64,000 nucleotides of DNA from Candidatus Iainarchaeum sp. (GTDB taxonomy: Archaea; Iainarchaeota; Iainarchaeia; Iainarchaeales; GCA-2688035), in the NCBI GenBank assembly GCA_017610205.1, contig JAFCCL010000001.1:172327-236326 (forward strand), given 5' to 3'. A model generated the notes under the pieces. It had not been told where the DNA came from and ran no database searches. It saw only the letters and a list, made by a program, of their open reading frames with translations. Positions 9,477 to 19,254 of this stretch are shown one piece after another. Position 1 is the first letter of the stretch. Each line of letters begins with the position of its first letter. A program made the translations under genes and the position numbers.

Positions 9477-10859
9477 ATGGCTAAGGAAGAAAGAAACTGG
9501 CATCCAAATTTCAAAAAATACATGGAAAAAATAATACAACATCCTAACTACACAGGAATGCCCGAAATTCACAAAAAAGATGGTTCTATCCTATGGATTA
9601 CTGCAGGCAAAGGCAGAATAGGCAAAGAACGCACTAAATGGTGGGACAAAAAAAGAGAAGAGCTAGGAATAGATAAAAAAATCAAATGGATATCAGAAAC
9701 AGCAAAAAAAAATCATCCAACCGGGAGAAAACCTTGCCAAATCTGTGGCGAGGAAATGGAATTGGCTTATGTTTATCCATACGTAGGCGTTCTCGCAAAA
9801 ATTAATGCAATTCCAAAAATAAATGGTTTTTTTGATGTATATTATTCCATTAATGATATAATCAAAGAAGGTGCAAAGCTTGGAGGAGAAGAATTCTTCA
9901 AGGAACTGAGGAAAATATTTAAAATTCCTGCAAAAGTTAAGGATTCTGTTGAAGCATTTCAATCTTATATAACCGAAAATTGTAAAACCAAGCTCAGTCC
10001 AGGTGCAATGAGCAACGCTCCAGACAGGCTTGATGGCTTTCACACTTACAATAAATGTTGCAGAGCAACGCATGACACTGGAAGACATAAGTCTAACCTG
10101 CAACGTTATGTCCAAGACAGAAGAGCATATGAAAACTGGGCCGAAGGAGATTGGAAAGCCGCTGAAAGGCTGATGGGAGAATTCCATAAACATGGTTTAA
10201 GCGCTGACCATATAGGGCCCATATCGCTTGGCTTCTGTCACCGAGCAAAGTTCCAGCCTATGAGTAGAGAAGCAAACTCTGCTAAAAACAATCGCATGTC
10301 ATTGAACGATGTTCAAATCCTTCTTGCAGACGAAGCAAAAGGCCAAAAGGTTGTTTCATGGCACTCCAAATTCGTTTGGGATGCATTGAAAAGTAGAGTG
10401 AAAACAGATGCGCAAGCCAAACTTGTGAGCAGGCTAATGAGAAAAAATCTTCATCACGTGCTCAGCATTTTTGCAAAAATAAATGCCGAGGACGGGAAAG
10501 AATTCCTAATTAGGAACTTTCTACACCCAGAACATTCCTATTATGATGTAAAGTTCACTGGATTTAATCCAGAAACAGGCGGGTTTGAAAAGATGAAAAA
10601 AATCGAGGGCGATAAGAAGCAATACAAAAATAATGTTCAACGGTACATTCGCATATCGTTTGAATCACTGGGCCATTATATTGACAAAGACAATCGTGTC
10701 GTTAGCAGCTGGAACAATCTTAAAGTGGATGAGGTGCTTTCAAAAGCAGTGGCTTCATTGAAAGCAGGGAATGAAGATACTTGCAAGGAAAACCTTTCAA
10801 ATACACTGAAACTATTAGCGGAAGATGCAGTGAAAGAATTTGAATCAGAACAAGTATGA
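9477..10859 (+). CDS. Type IIS restriction endonuclease, Alw26I/Eco31I/Esp3I family
   Basis: WHPNF..Y...I..HPNY.GMP N-terminus, CQIC, SPGAMSNAPDRLDGFHTYN.CCR, HNH-like ADHIGPISLGF and NSAKNNR; converges on two MTases. Confidence 0.85.
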   Translation: MAKEERNWHPNFKKYMEKIIQHPNYTGMPEIHKKDGSILWITAGKGRIGKERTKWWDKKREELGIDKKIKWISETAKKNHPTGRKPCQICGEEMELAYVYPYVGVLAKINAIPKINGFFDVYYSINDIIKEGAKLGGEEFFKELRKIFKIPAKVKDSVEAFQSYITENCKTKLSPGAMSNAPDRLDGFHTYNKCCRATHDTGRHKSNLQRYVQDRRAYENWAEGDWKAAERLMGEFHKHGLSADHIGPISLGFCHRAKFQPMSREANSAKNNRMSLNDVQILLADEAKGQKVVSWHSKFVWDALKSRVKTDAQAKLVSRLMRKNLHHVLSIFAKINAEDGKEFLIRNFLHPEHSYYDVKFTGFNPETGGFEKMKKIEGDKKQYKNNVQRYIRISFESLGHYIDKDNRVVSSWNNLKVDEVLSKAVASLKAGNEDTCKENLSNTLKLLAEDAVKEFESEQV

Positions 10860-12020
10860 GGGCAGCTTCTTTTTAATACACACTTCATAAAATTGAGCAA
10901 ACGTCTTTTTTCCCATCAGAAATTCTTGGTAAGGAGAATAAAGCTCGCCGTCAAACAAAACTTCCATTTCGCCACTGTTTGGCTTTAAAGCAGGCAAGCC
11001 GTAAATAGCATCCTTGACTGTTATAAATGAAGGCAAACCATCAGAGCCATCAGAAAATAGTGGCTTAGGTGAAGCCAACTTTGTTTCAGTTCTAAACCCA
11101 GTAATGAAAACTCTTCTCCTCCTCTGAGGAACACCATATTCTTCAGCCTTAAGTTTCCAAGGCTCATTAACATGATAACCAATGCCCTCAAAAGCCTCAA
11201 CTATTTCTTTAAGAGCTGCTCCTTTTCTCATAGAAAGTATGCCTGGAACATTTTCCATCACAAAAGCTTCAGGTTTTATTTTTTTGACTAAGTCAACAAA
11301 GTGAACAAAAAGGTCATTGCGTGCATCCTTTGGATTCCTCCAACCAGCATGAGAAAATCCTTGGCAGGGTGGACCTCCAACCACTACACCAATTTTGTAT
11401 TTTTTTGCTAGACTGGAAAGTCTTTCTTTATTTTTATTTTCGCGAATATCGCCTAGTATACAGAAAGCAGGATCTATTTCAGGATTGTTTTTGAGGAATG
11501 TTTCAAAAAAGCGTTTTTCTATTTCAATGGCTCCAACAACATCAAAGCCCGCTAGTTTAAATCCTTCAGAAAAACCACCTGCACCGGAAAAAAGGTCGAT
11601 TGTTTTGTCGCTATTAACATGCTTCTTGACTTCTGTTGCAACTGCTCTTGCTAAGAGTGGAGGAACAGCATTGCCTATTTGTTTAAACTGTGAAGTTTTT
11701 GCGCCATGAAAAATGAAATTGTCTTTGAATGATTGCAGTCTTGCACCTTCTCTTAGAGAAATAAGTCTGTTTTGGGAAGGGTGTATATGGCAACCGTTTC
11801 CAATTCTGTTAAAGTATGTTGAAATAGTGTAACTTGGTTTGTCATATCGTAAACGACCATAATAAGTGGTTCTGCCACCGCTTTCTCTTATTTGCTTTAA
11901 ACGTTGTGAAGGAATGTGCGGAGGGATGCTTGCCCAATTTCCCCCCGGCGGGATGTGGTTAACCATCTGCATTTCTAATTGGCTAAAGCCGGGCGTTATA
12001 TGGTTATGTAGTTTTCTCAT
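10845..12020 (-). CDS. DNA cytosine-5 methyltransferase, circularly permuted (M2.Eco31I-like)
   Basis: Motifs IX/X (REGARLQSF, QIGNAVPP) precede motif I (DLFSGAGG), IV (GPPCQGFS), VI (ENVPG) and VIII (QRRRR). Confidence 0.9.
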   Translation of the reverse strand: MRKLHNHITPGFSQLEMQMVNHIPPGGNWASIPPHIPSQRLKQIRESGGRTTYYGRLRYDKPSYTISTYFNRIGNGCHIHPSQNRLISLREGARLQSFKDNFIFHGAKTSQFKQIGNAVPPLLARAVATEVKKHVNSDKTIDLFSGAGGFSEGFKLAGFDVVGAIEIEKRFFETFLKNNPEIDPAFCILGDIRENKNKERLSSLAKKYKIGVVVGGPPCQGFSHAGWRNPKDARNDLFVHFVDLVKKIKPEAFVMENVPGILSMRKGAALKEIVEAFEGIGYHVNEPWKLKAEEYGVPQRRRRVFITGFRTETKLASPKPLFSDGSDGLPSFITVKDAIYGLPALKPNSGEMEVLFDGELYSPYQEFLMGKKTFAQFYEVCIKKKLPSYLF

Positions 12021-13971
12021 TGTAAAACAGCCTAATATAGTTAATTTCTCTAGAATTTAAACCATACTGTTTGAAAATCTCTTCCTCAAGTTTTTCATTA
12101 TTTTTTGCATCTAAAAGCCCTTTTTGCGGGAGGATGATGGGCAATTCTCCTAGTTCGTAGTTACTTATATGATTGTTGTAGTTTGATATTTTGAATCGCC
12201 AGTTCAATAATTTTGAGTTCAACAGCTTTACGAGAACCTCGTTAGAGATTCTTTTATCTTCACTCAAAAGGTAATTGCAAGAATTTGCAACAATAGTACT
12301 TTCTGGCACCATTCTAAAATTTAGTTTTTTAACTAAATCCACGTTAGCAATTTGCTGGCCGGCAATTCTCTCCTTTTGGATGTCCTCTATTTTGTTTGAA
12401 CTGACTTTAGTTAGAAAGTTTTTTTGAACGAAAGCTTTTTTCGCAGTGCTTTTTATATCTTTTCCTCTAACCAAAGACAGGAGCGTTTCTCTCTCCGTTA
12501 TATACTTTTTGTCCTGAGTTAGGTCTAATTCGCCTCGTTTGTTTCTGATTAGCGTAAATTCTTTTAGTTTTTTGAAAGAGTTGAGCTTTTTTAGAACAGA
12601 CCATCCAACTGAATCTAACAACGGTATTTCTAATTTTGAGAAATTTTCTTTTATGTCGTTTATGTCAATCAGAACCTTTTCATCGTTTTTATTATGAAGT
12701 ATTGATTCCATTTTACTTGTTTTCTCACCCTTTTTTACTTGAATTATCACTAATGATTGATTAACATTTTGAAAAAGCTGATTCTGTTCTTTGAAAAAAT
12801 GCACTTTACTCAAATTACATTCAAGCAAAAGAGCTTTTCTTAAATCATAGGCACTGGAATCCCCTAGTAAAGTTGAAGGTATTATGGCTCCAATTGAACC
12901 TTGACTATTTGTTATCTTCAAGGCAATTTCTAAAAACAAACGATAATAGTTCAACATTCCTTTAGCTGAAAGAGGATATAGCTTTGAATTGTGAATAAAA
13001 TTCTTTTCCTCTTCTACTCTATCCTTTTCCTGTTGATAAATTTCATTCAAGATTTTGGGCGAAATTTCTTTTGTTGATGCCGTGAAAAAATCACTTCTGT
13101 TTATTTTCAAAACTTTGTAAGGAGGATTCATAACAACCGCGTCAAATCCGCCTTGATTTTCAAAAACGTTTTTGAACGCGCTAAAGAAAGAGAATCGCTT
13201 TTTAGGGGATTTGCTTAAACCATAAATAGCGTTCCCAACAACTATCTGCTTCTGCAACTTCTTTATAGCCTCTAATCTTTGTTCTTTGGGAAATTCGTTT
13301 GCAAGTCTTAGGATTGTTATATCAACGGAAATAGAATCAATATCAGTACCATACAAGTTATTCAAAGCTTTGTCTTTATCTTTTGCTAAAGCCAGACAGG
13401 AAAGGAGGAAACGGCCAGTACCACAACCTAAGTCAATCACTTTGTTGTTCTCCACATCCTCCACAGTTTCACTACAAATAAGATTAGAAATTTCTTTTGG
13501 AGTAAAAAATAGACCTTTTCCTTTTAGTCCTGTTTTCTTTTTCTTAATCTTTCCATTCTCAAAAAACTTTGAGTTAAACCATTGCTGTTGTTCAACCAGC
13601 GTATCCAAAACATTAGAAAAGTGGTTTTTAGTTTTTTTCTCAAGTTTATCTACAAGGAGTGAAGTAGAAGAAGAATCAAAGGTATTGAAGAGCCCTTCCT
13701 TTTTAACAAAATTCTCAAACTCAGAATATGTTTTAAATTCCATATTCCAGCTATTAAACCACCGATAAATCAAAAATTTTACAATAGTTTCATGCACCCT
13801 TCTATGCGATTCCTTAAATTTTGCTAGAATAGGCTCTTGTAAAAGCTCTTCCTGTTCCAGAGATTCTAATAACTGCAAATCCTCAACCACCGTATTATAG
13901 ATGGAAATACCGCTTTTAAATCTATCAAGAGAGAGGGTTTCCGGTGAAATATTAAAAAGTGCGGCAGTCAT
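12004..13971 (-). CDS. DNA adenine-N6 methyltransferase, Alw26I/Eco31I/Esp3I family
   Basis: FFTP, DLGCGTG (motif I), MNPPY (motif IV), RGELDLT, C-terminal NNHISNYEL. Confidence 0.9.
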   Translation of the reverse strand: MTAALFNISPETLSLDRFKSGISIYNTVVEDLQLLESLEQEELLQEPILAKFKESHRRVHETIVKFLIYRWFNSWNMEFKTYSEFENFVKKEGLFNTFDSSSTSLLVDKLEKKTKNHFSNVLDTLVEQQQWFNSKFFENGKIKKKKTGLKGKGLFFTPKEISNLICSETVEDVENNKVIDLGCGTGRFLLSCLALAKDKDKALNNLYGTDIDSISVDITILRLANEFPKEQRLEAIKKLQKQIVVGNAIYGLSKSPKKRFSFFSAFKNVFENQGGFDAVVMNPPYKVLKINRSDFFTASTKEISPKILNEIYQQEKDRVEEEKNFIHNSKLYPLSAKGMLNYYRLFLEIALKITNSQGSIGAIIPSTLLGDSSAYDLRKALLLECNLSKVHFFKEQNQLFQNVNQSLVIIQVKKGEKTSKMESILHNKNDEKVLIDINDIKENFSKLEIPLLDSVGWSVLKKLNSFKKLKEFTLIRNKRGELDLTQDKKYITERETLLSLVRGKDIKSTAKKAFVQKNFLTKVSSNKIEDIQKERIAGQQIANVDLVKKLNFRMVPESTIVANSCNYLLSEDKRISNEVLVKLLNSKLLNWRFKISNYNNHISNYELGELPIILPQKGLLDAKNNEKLEEEIFKQYGLNSREINYIRLFYNEKTT

Positions 13972-14177
13972 CTGACCACCGCTAAAATCTTTGTTTTTTC
14001 CCTGTTTACTTCTTCTTCGAGAAGTTGATTGAGTTTGGCTGCAAGCTCTGCCTTGCATTCAACTAAGTCGTCTGACTCGTCAAGCTCAACAGAAGCTCCG
14101 AGGCAGATACCTTTAGTTTCGTAGTTCCCAAGATTCACTTTCTGGGAAAGGTTCATGGAAAGGCTTCTCACATTCAT
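13968..14177 (-). CDS. Small hypothetical protein (element backbone)
   Basis: KVNLGNYET motif; ATGA overlap with the MTase start. Confidence 0.6.
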   Translation of the reverse strand: MNVRSLSMNLSQKVNLGNYETKGICLGASVELDESDDLVECKAELAAKLNQLLEEEVNREKTKILAVVR

Positions 14178-14202
14178 CTTTTCATCCCCTTCAAAATCTG
14201 GT

Positions 14203-14237
14203 CAAAGGTAAAACCCTGACTAAAAGGGTTACCTTTG
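14203..14237. repeat. Inverted repeat/hairpin (oriT/ori candidate)
   Basis: CAAAGGTAAAACCCT-gactaaa-AGGGTTACCTTTG, 13-bp stem with a 2-nt bulge. Confidence 0.5.
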
Positions 14238-14418
14238 TTGGACACCTGTGTATCCGAATGACTAATTCTTGAAAACCTCATTTGCAAATCACCTCCAGCG
14301 TTTAAACGAAGTTTTTTCTGAAAGCGTCTTGCGGGTTTTGAACGTATTAAAACCCTAAAGGCAACAGCCGTCCCTCTAACAAGAGGGTTAGGGTTTAAAC
14401 GGGCAAAAACCGAGCTGT

Positions 14419-15440
14419 AAGAAAAAACTGAGTAAGCTGGAGGTGTGGGAAAATGAAGGGGAAAAATTTCGGAATTAAGGGGAATTGTCATGCCCTTAAA
14501 AACATTTATTTCAATAAATACCCTGTAGAATGAAACTAGCTTTAGCATTCGGTAAAAAAACCAAAAAAATAATTATCATGCTAGCAATTCTAATGCTAGG
14601 AATACTCATTGGCACATCAATACCAACAACCCAAGAAATAGCACCAACAACAGCCCAGGAAACAGCATCAACAACTACTGTGCTACCAAATTACTACAAT
14701 GAATACCAACAAACATTAAACCTATACAATCAAGCATTGCAACAAAACCAGCAATTAACAAACCGATTAACAACTGCAAAAGAACCGCCCTACATTATAA
14801 TGGAAGGAAGAACAGTTACAACAGCCTTCAAAAAAACAGACGGAACAACAATCCTCTGGGAATGGCCCGCAGACACATACCAATCATGGGTAATACAAGG
14901 ATATCTAACTCGAAAATCAGGAATGCAATATGTAACACTAGCAATGGAAAACGGAAAAAGACCTACAATGGTAGACTACACAAAATTCGTCGACGCAGAC
15001 ACATTCGGCAAAGTAATTCCTCCAATCTATGATGCCAGCCTAAGCGATGAAGAATTCATCAAAGAAGCATGGAACCTAGTAACACAACTAACAACATATT
15101 CGGCTGACATTCAAGAAACTCCGAGATATCCAATAGAAACAATAACGGAAGGCGGAGGCGACTGCGAAGATATGGCAATATTAATGGCAAGCCTGCTAAA
15201 AGCAGCAGACAAAAATTGGAAAGTACAATTAGTATACATGGATGCAGACAACCCAGAAAACCCTACCACTATAAACCATGCATTAGTATATGTTGACACA
15301 GGAATATACTCAACCTTTATAGACACAACACAAAACATCCAAATGAACCCATACCTCTACGACACAGTTTCCGGATTCTATTTCGATGCCTAACCAAACA
15401 AGTAACAACCCCGAAGAAAAAACCGAGTAAACTGGAGGTG
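14419..15440 (+). repeat. 27-bp direct repeats (25/27 identical) flanking the 14530-15393 gene
   Basis: AAGAAAAAACTGAGTAAGCTGGAGGTG at 14419-14445 and AAGAAAAAACCGAGTAAACTGGAGGTG at 15414-15440. Confidence 0.85.
14530..15393 (+). CDS. Membrane-anchored transglutaminase-like cysteine protease
   Basis: N-terminal TM helix; GGGDCED...NHALVYV...FIDTT Cys-His-Asp pattern. Confidence 0.75.
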   Translation: MKLALAFGKKTKKIIIMLAILMLGILIGTSIPTTQEIAPTTAQETASTTTVLPNYYNEYQQTLNLYNQALQQNQQLTNRLTTAKEPPYIIMEGRTVTTAFKKTDGTTILWEWPADTYQSWVIQGYLTRKSGMQYVTLAMENGKRPTMVDYTKFVDADTFGKVIPPIYDASLSDEEFIKEAWNLVTQLTTYSADIQETPRYPIETITEGGGDCEDMAILMASLLKAADKNWKVQLVYMDADNPENPTTINHALVYVDTGIYSTFIDTTQNIQMNPYLYDTVSGFYFDA

Positions 15441-15485
15441 AGAAAAAGGGATTATTAAAAAACGTTATAGAAGAATAATGTTTCT

Positions 15486-16547
15486 ATGGATGCGCTTGAA
15501 CTATCAGATAGGATCAATACAATATTTAGTAAAGAACTACGAAATATGCAAGTTGCTTTTCCTCAAAACAAATTTTTGGGCTCAAGAAAATATCTTTGCA
15601 GTCTACAGATTGCTGGGAGTCAAGGGAACATTACAGAAGTGTTTTGTGGTTCGAAGTTGGGCCCACTAAACGATTACTATGATAAAACAGAACTATGCTT
15701 TGAAAATTTGCAATTACTTCTAAGACTATATAATCTAATAAAAGAAAATGGTTTCTTGGAAAGGGAATTTACATCCATTTTAACCGCAAGATTAAATGAA
15801 GGCATTCCTCAGATAGCCTATCTTTCCTTCGAAACATTAATAAAAATGGGAAAACTGGATGATGCTCTATTACTTTTGACAGGTCTAAGAGATGAATCAG
15901 CTATGCATTGTTGTCTGCTAGACTTAAACGCACTTTTGAGATTTGAAACAAACCAATTTTTGCCCACTGATCTTAAAAAAATTGAAAATTCGCTACAAAA
16001 CATAAAACATCTTAGCGGCGTTTGTAGAATAATAATAAGCGGGATTTACGAACAAATAAATGAAATAAAACACCGTGCACTAAAAAAAGAATTAAGTGAA
16101 ACTAATAGTTTTGAAATAGAACGAAACAAAGAAGAAGTAAAACAAAAATTGAAAGAGCAAAAATTTGATACTCAACTAATCAAAGCAATAGACAGAGCAG
16201 GTCAGAAGTACAACACAGCGAAAACAGAGGAGGAATTCTGTGAATGTCTTGACATAACAAGAAAAGTTTTAGACAACCTAACAAAAGAAATGGCAAAAAG
16301 AATCATTAAAACAGACAAACCAATAAAAGGAAAATTAACCAACGCGGCAGATGTAAGAGATTACCTAAGAGATCAAAAGCTAATAACAGAAAAACAACAT
16401 GGTCTAGTGAGGGGGGTTTACGGGTTCATTAGTGACGAAGGCACACATAAATTAATTAGCACAGGAGATCAAGCAAGACTAGGAAAAAATATGCTCATAG
16501 AAGTATCACTCCTTCTACTAAAAAACAGTGAAAAATACAAGCTATAA
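15486..16547 (+). CDS. Hypothetical helical protein, possible abortive-infection (Abi_C/HEPN-like) C-terminus
   Basis: C-terminal CLDITRKVLD...YGFISDEGTH...ARLGKNMLIE pattern; family call is tentative. Confidence 0.5.
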   Translation: MDALELSDRINTIFSKELRNMQVAFPQNKFLGSRKYLCSLQIAGSQGNITEVFCGSKLGPLNDYYDKTELCFENLQLLLRLYNLIKENGFLEREFTSILTARLNEGIPQIAYLSFETLIKMGKLDDALLLLTGLRDESAMHCCLLDLNALLRFETNQFLPTDLKKIENSLQNIKHLSGVCRIIISGIYEQINEIKHRALKKELSETNSFEIERNKEEVKQKLKEQKFDTQLIKAIDRAGQKYNTAKTEEEFCECLDITRKVLDNLTKEMAKRIIKTDKPIKGKLTNAADVRDYLRDQKLITEKQHGLVRGVYGFISDEGTHKLISTGDQARLGKNMLIEVSLLLLKNSEKYKL

Positions 16548-16750
16548 CTAAAAATTGAAATTAAAAAACAGAAAAATTACATACTTTGTTCCTTCAACTA
16601 GCCCTCAAACCAAGCTCCGTTCACCCAATCCAAGCCGTCTACAGCCTCCGCGAGCTAATTTTTTAGGTCAATTGGGCTTGGTTTTGAAAATTTGGATTTG
16701 CTACAAGCTTTAAAATATGACAAAAAAGCAAAACTAAAACCTAAATAGGT

Positions 16751-17446
16751 TTATTTAGAGTTCCATAATTTAGGCTCATCGAGCAATATTTCAAAATGTT
16801 TTTTTAGAGCTAATCCACGTGCTATCCATGCAAGTTGGAGTGCATAGGTTAACTCTTTAAATAAAGCCATTATAAATTTTTCTTTTTCTTTCCCATGGTA
16901 TTCTTCTAAAATTTCTGTTTTTTTATCATCTTTAAACAGTACAAGATGGTCTTTTCCTAACCAGTATAATTGGTGAGCTATCTTGTTGCGTTCATCTCTA
17001 GAATTTTTATTTAATATGTCAGTTAACCCATCTCTCTTAAGAACAGAAAAGGCATCTGAATAAAATTTTAGGATAAGATATGATTTTTTAGTATCGTCCT
17101 GTAATTCTTGGCGAAAAGTGATAATATTTAAGCTAAGTTGAGTATAATCTCTAGCAACATCTAATGGGGCAATGGCAGTTAAAGTTTTTTTTCCATAGAC
17201 TTTTTTAAAAAAGAGGCTCGAGAGGCCATTTGCAACGTTTCTTATTTTTCTTTCGTCAAAACCCATTTTTTTTAACAGCAAGATTTGTTTTTCAGATTTC
17301 TTTTCCAGTTCATCTAGCTGCTTTTGGATTTGCTGTCTAGGAAGTAGACTATTAAATTTGCCAGGGGGGCTATTTGTATTTCCTACTAAAAATCTCTTAA
17401 CTTCTTTGTCAAGTTTTAATATTTCTTCAAAATTTGCTATTTTCAT
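16751..17446 (-). CDS. HEPN-like protein
   Basis: RNKIAH (RxxxxH) motif in a helical protein. Confidence 0.55.
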   Translation of the reverse strand: MKIANFEEILKLDKEVKRFLVGNTNSPPGKFNSLLPRQQIQKQLDELEKKSEKQILLLKKMGFDERKIRNVANGLSSLFFKKVYGKKTLTAIAPLDVARDYTQLSLNIITFRQELQDDTKKSYLILKFYSDAFSVLKRDGLTDILNKNSRDERNKIAHQLYWLGKDHLVLFKDDKKTEILEEYHGKEKEKFIMALFKELTYALQLAWIARGLALKKHFEILLDEPKLWNSK

Positions 17447-17621
17447 ATTGTACTAATTTTTAAACGCCAAAGTTGTTTTTAAACAAAGGTCTTTTTGTGC
17501 AGAATGAGGATTTTATTTGATTTTTTTTATTAGCCCCTTTTCCGCATAATACTTTCACTAAACCCTTTTATACTGCTTCGGCAGAGTAGTTTGCTTTAAG
17601 TCATTAAAGAGGTGATTTGAA

Positions 17622-17921
17622 TTGAACAAAAAATTAACAATACTGTTCCTGGCCCTGCTATTAGTTCTGCCAATCGCTTTCGCTGAAGGCGATGTAACAG
17701 CCATAACAGAGCCATTGACCAGAATCTATGACTTGCTGAAAGGAGTTGTTTCAGTCGTGGCAGTCATAGCCATAACAATTGCCGGTGCCAGATTTATGTT
17801 CTCAGGCGACAACATCCAGCAAAGAGAAGCAAGCAAAACAATGGTAGGCTACTGCATAATGGGCTTGGTAGTCGTATGGGTTGCACCATTAATGGTCAGT
17901 TACTTAACAGCCCCAATATAA
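17622..17921 (+). CDS. VirB2/TrbC-like pilin
   Basis: Signal peptide (AFA), two hydrophobic helices around GARFMFSGDNIQQREASK; GAGGTGA RBS. Confidence 0.8.
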   Translation: MNKKLTILFLALLLVLPIAFAEGDVTAITEPLTRIYDLLKGVVSVVAVIAITIAGARFMFSGDNIQQREASKTMVGYCIMGLVVVWVAPLMVSYLTAPI

Positions 17922-17937
17922 AAGGAGGAATGTACAA

Positions 17938-18927
17938 TTGAACAGAAAAATTTACGAAGTGTGCGTTCCCTTCCTTTTTCTGATGTTTCTCGGCAGAGCC
18001 TTTGCATTAAATGAACCAATGCCGCCGCCAATAGTAAATATTGACTTGGGAATAATATCAGAAGCAATAAACCAAATGTTCACAGGACTAACCCAGTCAC
18101 TAACAGAACTGCCCGCCGCCGTAGTAAACCAATTCCTTGCCTCACTACAAAGCCTTACCGCAAACTTTCTTACAACCCTACTGTTAATAGCAAAAGAGTT
18201 TATAACAACAAACCCAGACATCGCACCAATGTTTCCACTATGGCAAACAATAGTTTACATAATTTCACTATTCTACCTAATACTCTTTCTCATAGTAGGC
18301 TTCTTTTTCTTATTCAGCTCAATTGACGCAGAAAAAAGAACAAGCGCAAAAAAATGGTTCAAAAGCACAATCATAATGATTGCCGCAGTCGGCGCATCCT
18401 TCCAACTATACGAAATATTTCTAGCAATAGGAGCAGGAGTAGCTACATATTTATGGGCATCAGAATTCGAAGTACTATTCCAAGCAAGCGAACTCACAGC
18501 ACTAAACCTAATCCTGCTAACAGTTTACAGTGGAGCAGTCCTCGCCGCATTCATAACACTTTTCATCAGACACCTGTTCCTTGTAATGGGCGCAGCAATA
18601 TTTCCAATAGCCCTATTCTTCTACTTTATAGAACCGCTAAAACCCTGGGGGAAAATGCTGCTCGAAATTCTCTTCGCCGCAGTCCTCATGCAAATAATTG
18701 ATGTAATAATCTTCATCGGCTCACAAATTGTCTGGGAACAATTCATAGGTCTGCCAGACATTGCAGGCTGGGCGCCAACAATGGCCTTTGGCTTAGTCGC
18801 AATCATAAACACAATAATAATTGCATTCGCAGTAATAAAAGCATCAAAAACAGTAACCCAACAACTACCAGAAGTAGTCGCCGTAGCAAAAATGGCAGGC
18901 ACAGCCGCAATAGGAGCAATAGCATGA
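17938..18927 (+). CDS. VirB6/TrbL-like polytopic membrane protein
   Basis: Multiple TM helices, FIRHLFLVMGAAIFPIAL motif; directly after the pilin. Confidence 0.7.
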   Translation: MNRKIYEVCVPFLFLMFLGRAFALNEPMPPPIVNIDLGIISEAINQMFTGLTQSLTELPAAVVNQFLASLQSLTANFLTTLLLIAKEFITTNPDIAPMFPLWQTIVYIISLFYLILFLIVGFFFLFSSIDAEKRTSAKKWFKSTIIMIAAVGASFQLYEIFLAIGAGVATYLWASEFEVLFQASELTALNLILLTVYSGAVLAAFITLFIRHLFLVMGAAIFPIALFFYFIEPLKPWGKMLLEILFAAVLMQIIDVIIFIGSQIVWEQFIGLPDIAGWAPTMAFGLVAIINTIIIAFAVIKASKTVTQQLPEVVAVAKMAGTAAIGAIA

Positions 18928-18952
18928 ATAAAGAGGTGAAAGAAAAATGAGT

Positions 18953-19195
18953 TTATGGTTTTTTTCTTCTGTCTTCGCCGCTTCTCCGTTCCGAAAATTC
19001 TCCAGGGTAGTTTTCTGCAGGTTTTGGTTTTTTAAGTTTCTTAAAAACCTTTTGTCGCAACATGCCTGGCAAGGTAAACCACTCCACGCGTTCTTTTGCA
19101 TGAGGAGGAGTACTGTGCCTTCTTTCTTGTCCTGTTCTTCTCTCTTTTCCACTTCTCCTTTCCGGACCGGTATATTTAGGTTTTGGTCTTGGCAT
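18953..19195 (-). CDS. Arg-rich micro-protein with ERR/DRR repeats
   Basis: YTGPERRSGKERRTGQERR...SERRSGEDRR; GGTGA RBS upstream. Confidence 0.65.
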   Translation of the reverse strand: MPRPKPKYTGPERRSGKERRTGQERRHSTPPHAKERVEWFTLPGMLRQKVFKKLKKPKPAENYPGEFSERRSGEDRRKKP

Positions 19196-19254
19196 CCAAT
19201 TTCACCTATAAACTCTACACATTCAAAGAATTTAAACCTTTGCAGGTGTGACTA

